The notes under the pieces were generated by a model. The model was not told the DNA's origin and searched no databases. It saw nothing but the letters and a program-made list of their open reading frames with translations. Below are positions 62,365 through 64,000 of a stretch of 64,000 nt of DNA, piece after piece (position 1 is the stretch's first letter; each line of letters starts with the position of its first letter). The stretch comes from a candidate division FCPU426 bacterium. Lineage in GTDB: Bacteria > Oederibacteriota > Muellerivitia > Muellerivitales > Muellerivitaceae. A program made the translations under genes and the position numbers. The stretch spans positions 96,001 through 160,000 of the forward strand of contig CAWCKJ010000007.1 in NCBI GenBank assembly GCA_963796105.1, in the 5' to 3' direction.

Positions 62365-64000
62365 TTATCTGGGCTCGATCCTGCGGGCATTCGAGACGCC
62401 TTTGACTCTTTGGAGTTTCTTCAAGACCTTGTCCAGCTGGTCGGAGGAGGAAATGACGATGAGGAAATAACCCTGCGCCCATCCTCCATCCAGGGCTTTG
62501 GCGTTGGCTTCATTAATGATGACGCCCTCCTCGGAAATGGCCAGCAATAGATCGGCCAGGAGTTTTTCGCGGTTTTTGGCCTTCACTTCCAGCGCCACCT
62601 CGTACATCTGTCCCGCGTTTCCTTCCCAGGCCACCAGGATCTTGCGGCCCTCCCATTCGGGCAGCTGGAGGGTGTTGGGGCAGTCGTTGCGGTGGATGGA
62701 GACGCCCCTTCCCCGGGTTACATAACCCACGATGGGATCGCCCGGAACCGGCGTACAGCACCTCGCGAACCGGATGAGGAAGTCCTTCTGGCCCCCGATG
62801 GAAATTCCTTTGACCGGGGCCGCGGAGCCTGGGGCCGCCTGGCCCGCTCCCCTGGTTTGCTTTGTCTCGGGGGCCTTCGCCTCGTTTTTTTCTCCCTTTA
62901 AGGCCGGCGCAGGAGGGTGAATCTTGGCCTCGATCTTGTTCAAGATCATTTTCGGGGATATTTCCCCGTGGCCCGTGTTGGCCAGGAGCTCGTTGACCGT
63001 GTGGCACCCGAAAACATCCAGCATCCCCTCCAAAACCCCGGACTTGAGCGCCCCGTTGAAATCCACATCCATTCGCTCGGCTTCCTTTTCCAGGAGGTTC
63101 TTGCCCTTGTCGATTTCATCGGATGAAAGATGGGTCCTGAACCAGTGCCGGATCTTGTTCTTGGCCCGGCTCGTAGTGACGATTTTCAGCCAGTCCCTGC
63201 TGGGCGTCCGGGAGGATTGGGTCAGGATTTCCAGGATGTCCCCGTTCTTGAGGACGTAACGCAACGGCACCATTTGCCCGTTCACCTTGACGCCCATGCA
63301 GTGGTTGCCCAGGTCCGTGTGGACCGTGAAGGCGAAATCCAGGGCGGTGGCGCCCTTGGGAAGCTCCTTGACCTCGCCCTTGGGCGTGAAAACGAACACC
63401 TCGTCGTCGAAGATGTCCACCTTCATGGCCTCGGAGAACTCGGTGGAATCTTTGATATCCTGCTGGAGGTCCAGCAACTGGCGCATCCAGGCGTATTTCT
63501 CGTCCTCCTTCTCGACGGTCCTGCCTTCCTTGTATATCCAGTGGGCCGCGATCCCCTCCTCCGCGGTTTGGTGCATGTCGTAGGTTCTGATCTGGATTTC
63601 CAGGGGCTGGCCGTTGGGTCCCATGACGGTCGTGTGCAGGCTCTGGTACCTGTTCCCTTTGGGTATGGCGATGTAGTCCTTGATGCGCCCGGGAAGGGGT
63701 TTCCAGATGGTATGAATGGTTCCCAGGGCGGCGTAGCATTCCTTGATGGTGGTGACCAGGATCCGCACCGCCATCAAGTCGTAGATCTCGTCGAAACTTT
63801 TCTGCTGGGTGACCATTTTGTTGTAAATGCTGGCGAAATGCTTGGACCGGCCCTGGACCTGGGCGTGAATGCCGGCTTCCTTGAGCTTCCCCTCGATCAG
63901 GCTCTTGACATCCTCCAGCATGGTGTCCCGCTCGGTCCTCTTCATGGCGACTTTCTTGACCAGGTCGGCGTAAACGTCGGACTGCAGGTATCTCATGCAG
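62365..64000 (-). CDS. rel: RelA/SpoT (p)ppGpp synthetase, 5' end outside window
   Basis: GRSKH..SIY.K, DYIA.PK.N.YQSLHT, EIQIRT, TGS, ARCC.PVPGD, ACT domain. Confidence 0.96.
   Translation of the reverse strand, partial: CMRYLQSDVYADLVKKVAMKRTERDTMLEDVKSLIEGKLKEAGIHAQVQGRSKHFASIYNKMVTQQKSFDEIYDLMAVRILVTTIKECYAALGTIHTIWKPLPGRIKDYIAIPKGNRYQSLHTTVMGPNGQPLEIQIRTYDMHQTAEEGIAAHWIYKEGRTVEKEDEKYAWMRQLLDLQQDIKDSTEFSEAMKVDIFDDEVFVFTPKGEVKELPKGATALDFAFTVHTDLGNHCMGVKVNGQMVPLRYVLKNGDILEILTQSSRTPSRDWLKIVTTSRAKNKIRHWFRTHLSSDEIDKGKNLLEKEAERMDVDFNGALKSGVLEGMLDVFGCHTVNELLANTGHGEISPKMILNKIEAKIHPPAPALKGEKNEAKAPETKQTRGAGQAAPGSAAPVKGISIGGQKDFLIRFARCCTPVPGDPIVGYVTRGRGVSIHRNDCPNTLQLPEWEGRKILVAWEGNAGQMYEVALEVKAKNREKLLADLLLAISEEGVIINEANAKALDGGWAQGYFLIVISSSDQLDKVLKKLQRVKGVSNARRIEPR

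Overview
This is a bacterial chromosomal window in two parts. About 1-39 kb is an accessory region. It holds two near-identical HUH (Y1/RAYT-like) transposase elements bounded by terminal inverted repeats, and a 38-unit tandem array (constant CATGCCGGTAG core with 10-11 nt variable spacers) touching the second element. It also has toxin-antitoxin genes, a family of Thr/Pro-stalk lipoproteins, secreted glycoside hydrolases and two head-to-tail group II introns lacking an intact ORF. From 22.5 to 34 kb, unrelated and mostly co-oriented genes are separated by a conserved ~30 nt hairpin (TTGTCCACGAMGGGTCCCCGTCRTGGACAA). The intron's predicted exon-binding sites match one arm of this hairpin, and the intron is inserted at it. 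This cassette-like array is the best candidate for an undescribed system. About 39-64 kb is mostly housekeeping: clpB, def, orn, a GGDEF protein, an amino acid decarboxylase with speE, an O-antigen ligase/TPR protein, dnaE, guaA, guaB, a RidA-family gene and a partial rel. Several single-base frameshifts fall in base runs (clpB, dipZ twice, relE, one hypothetical gene) and look like sequencing errors. All product calls come from recognising motifs by eye; no database search was run.
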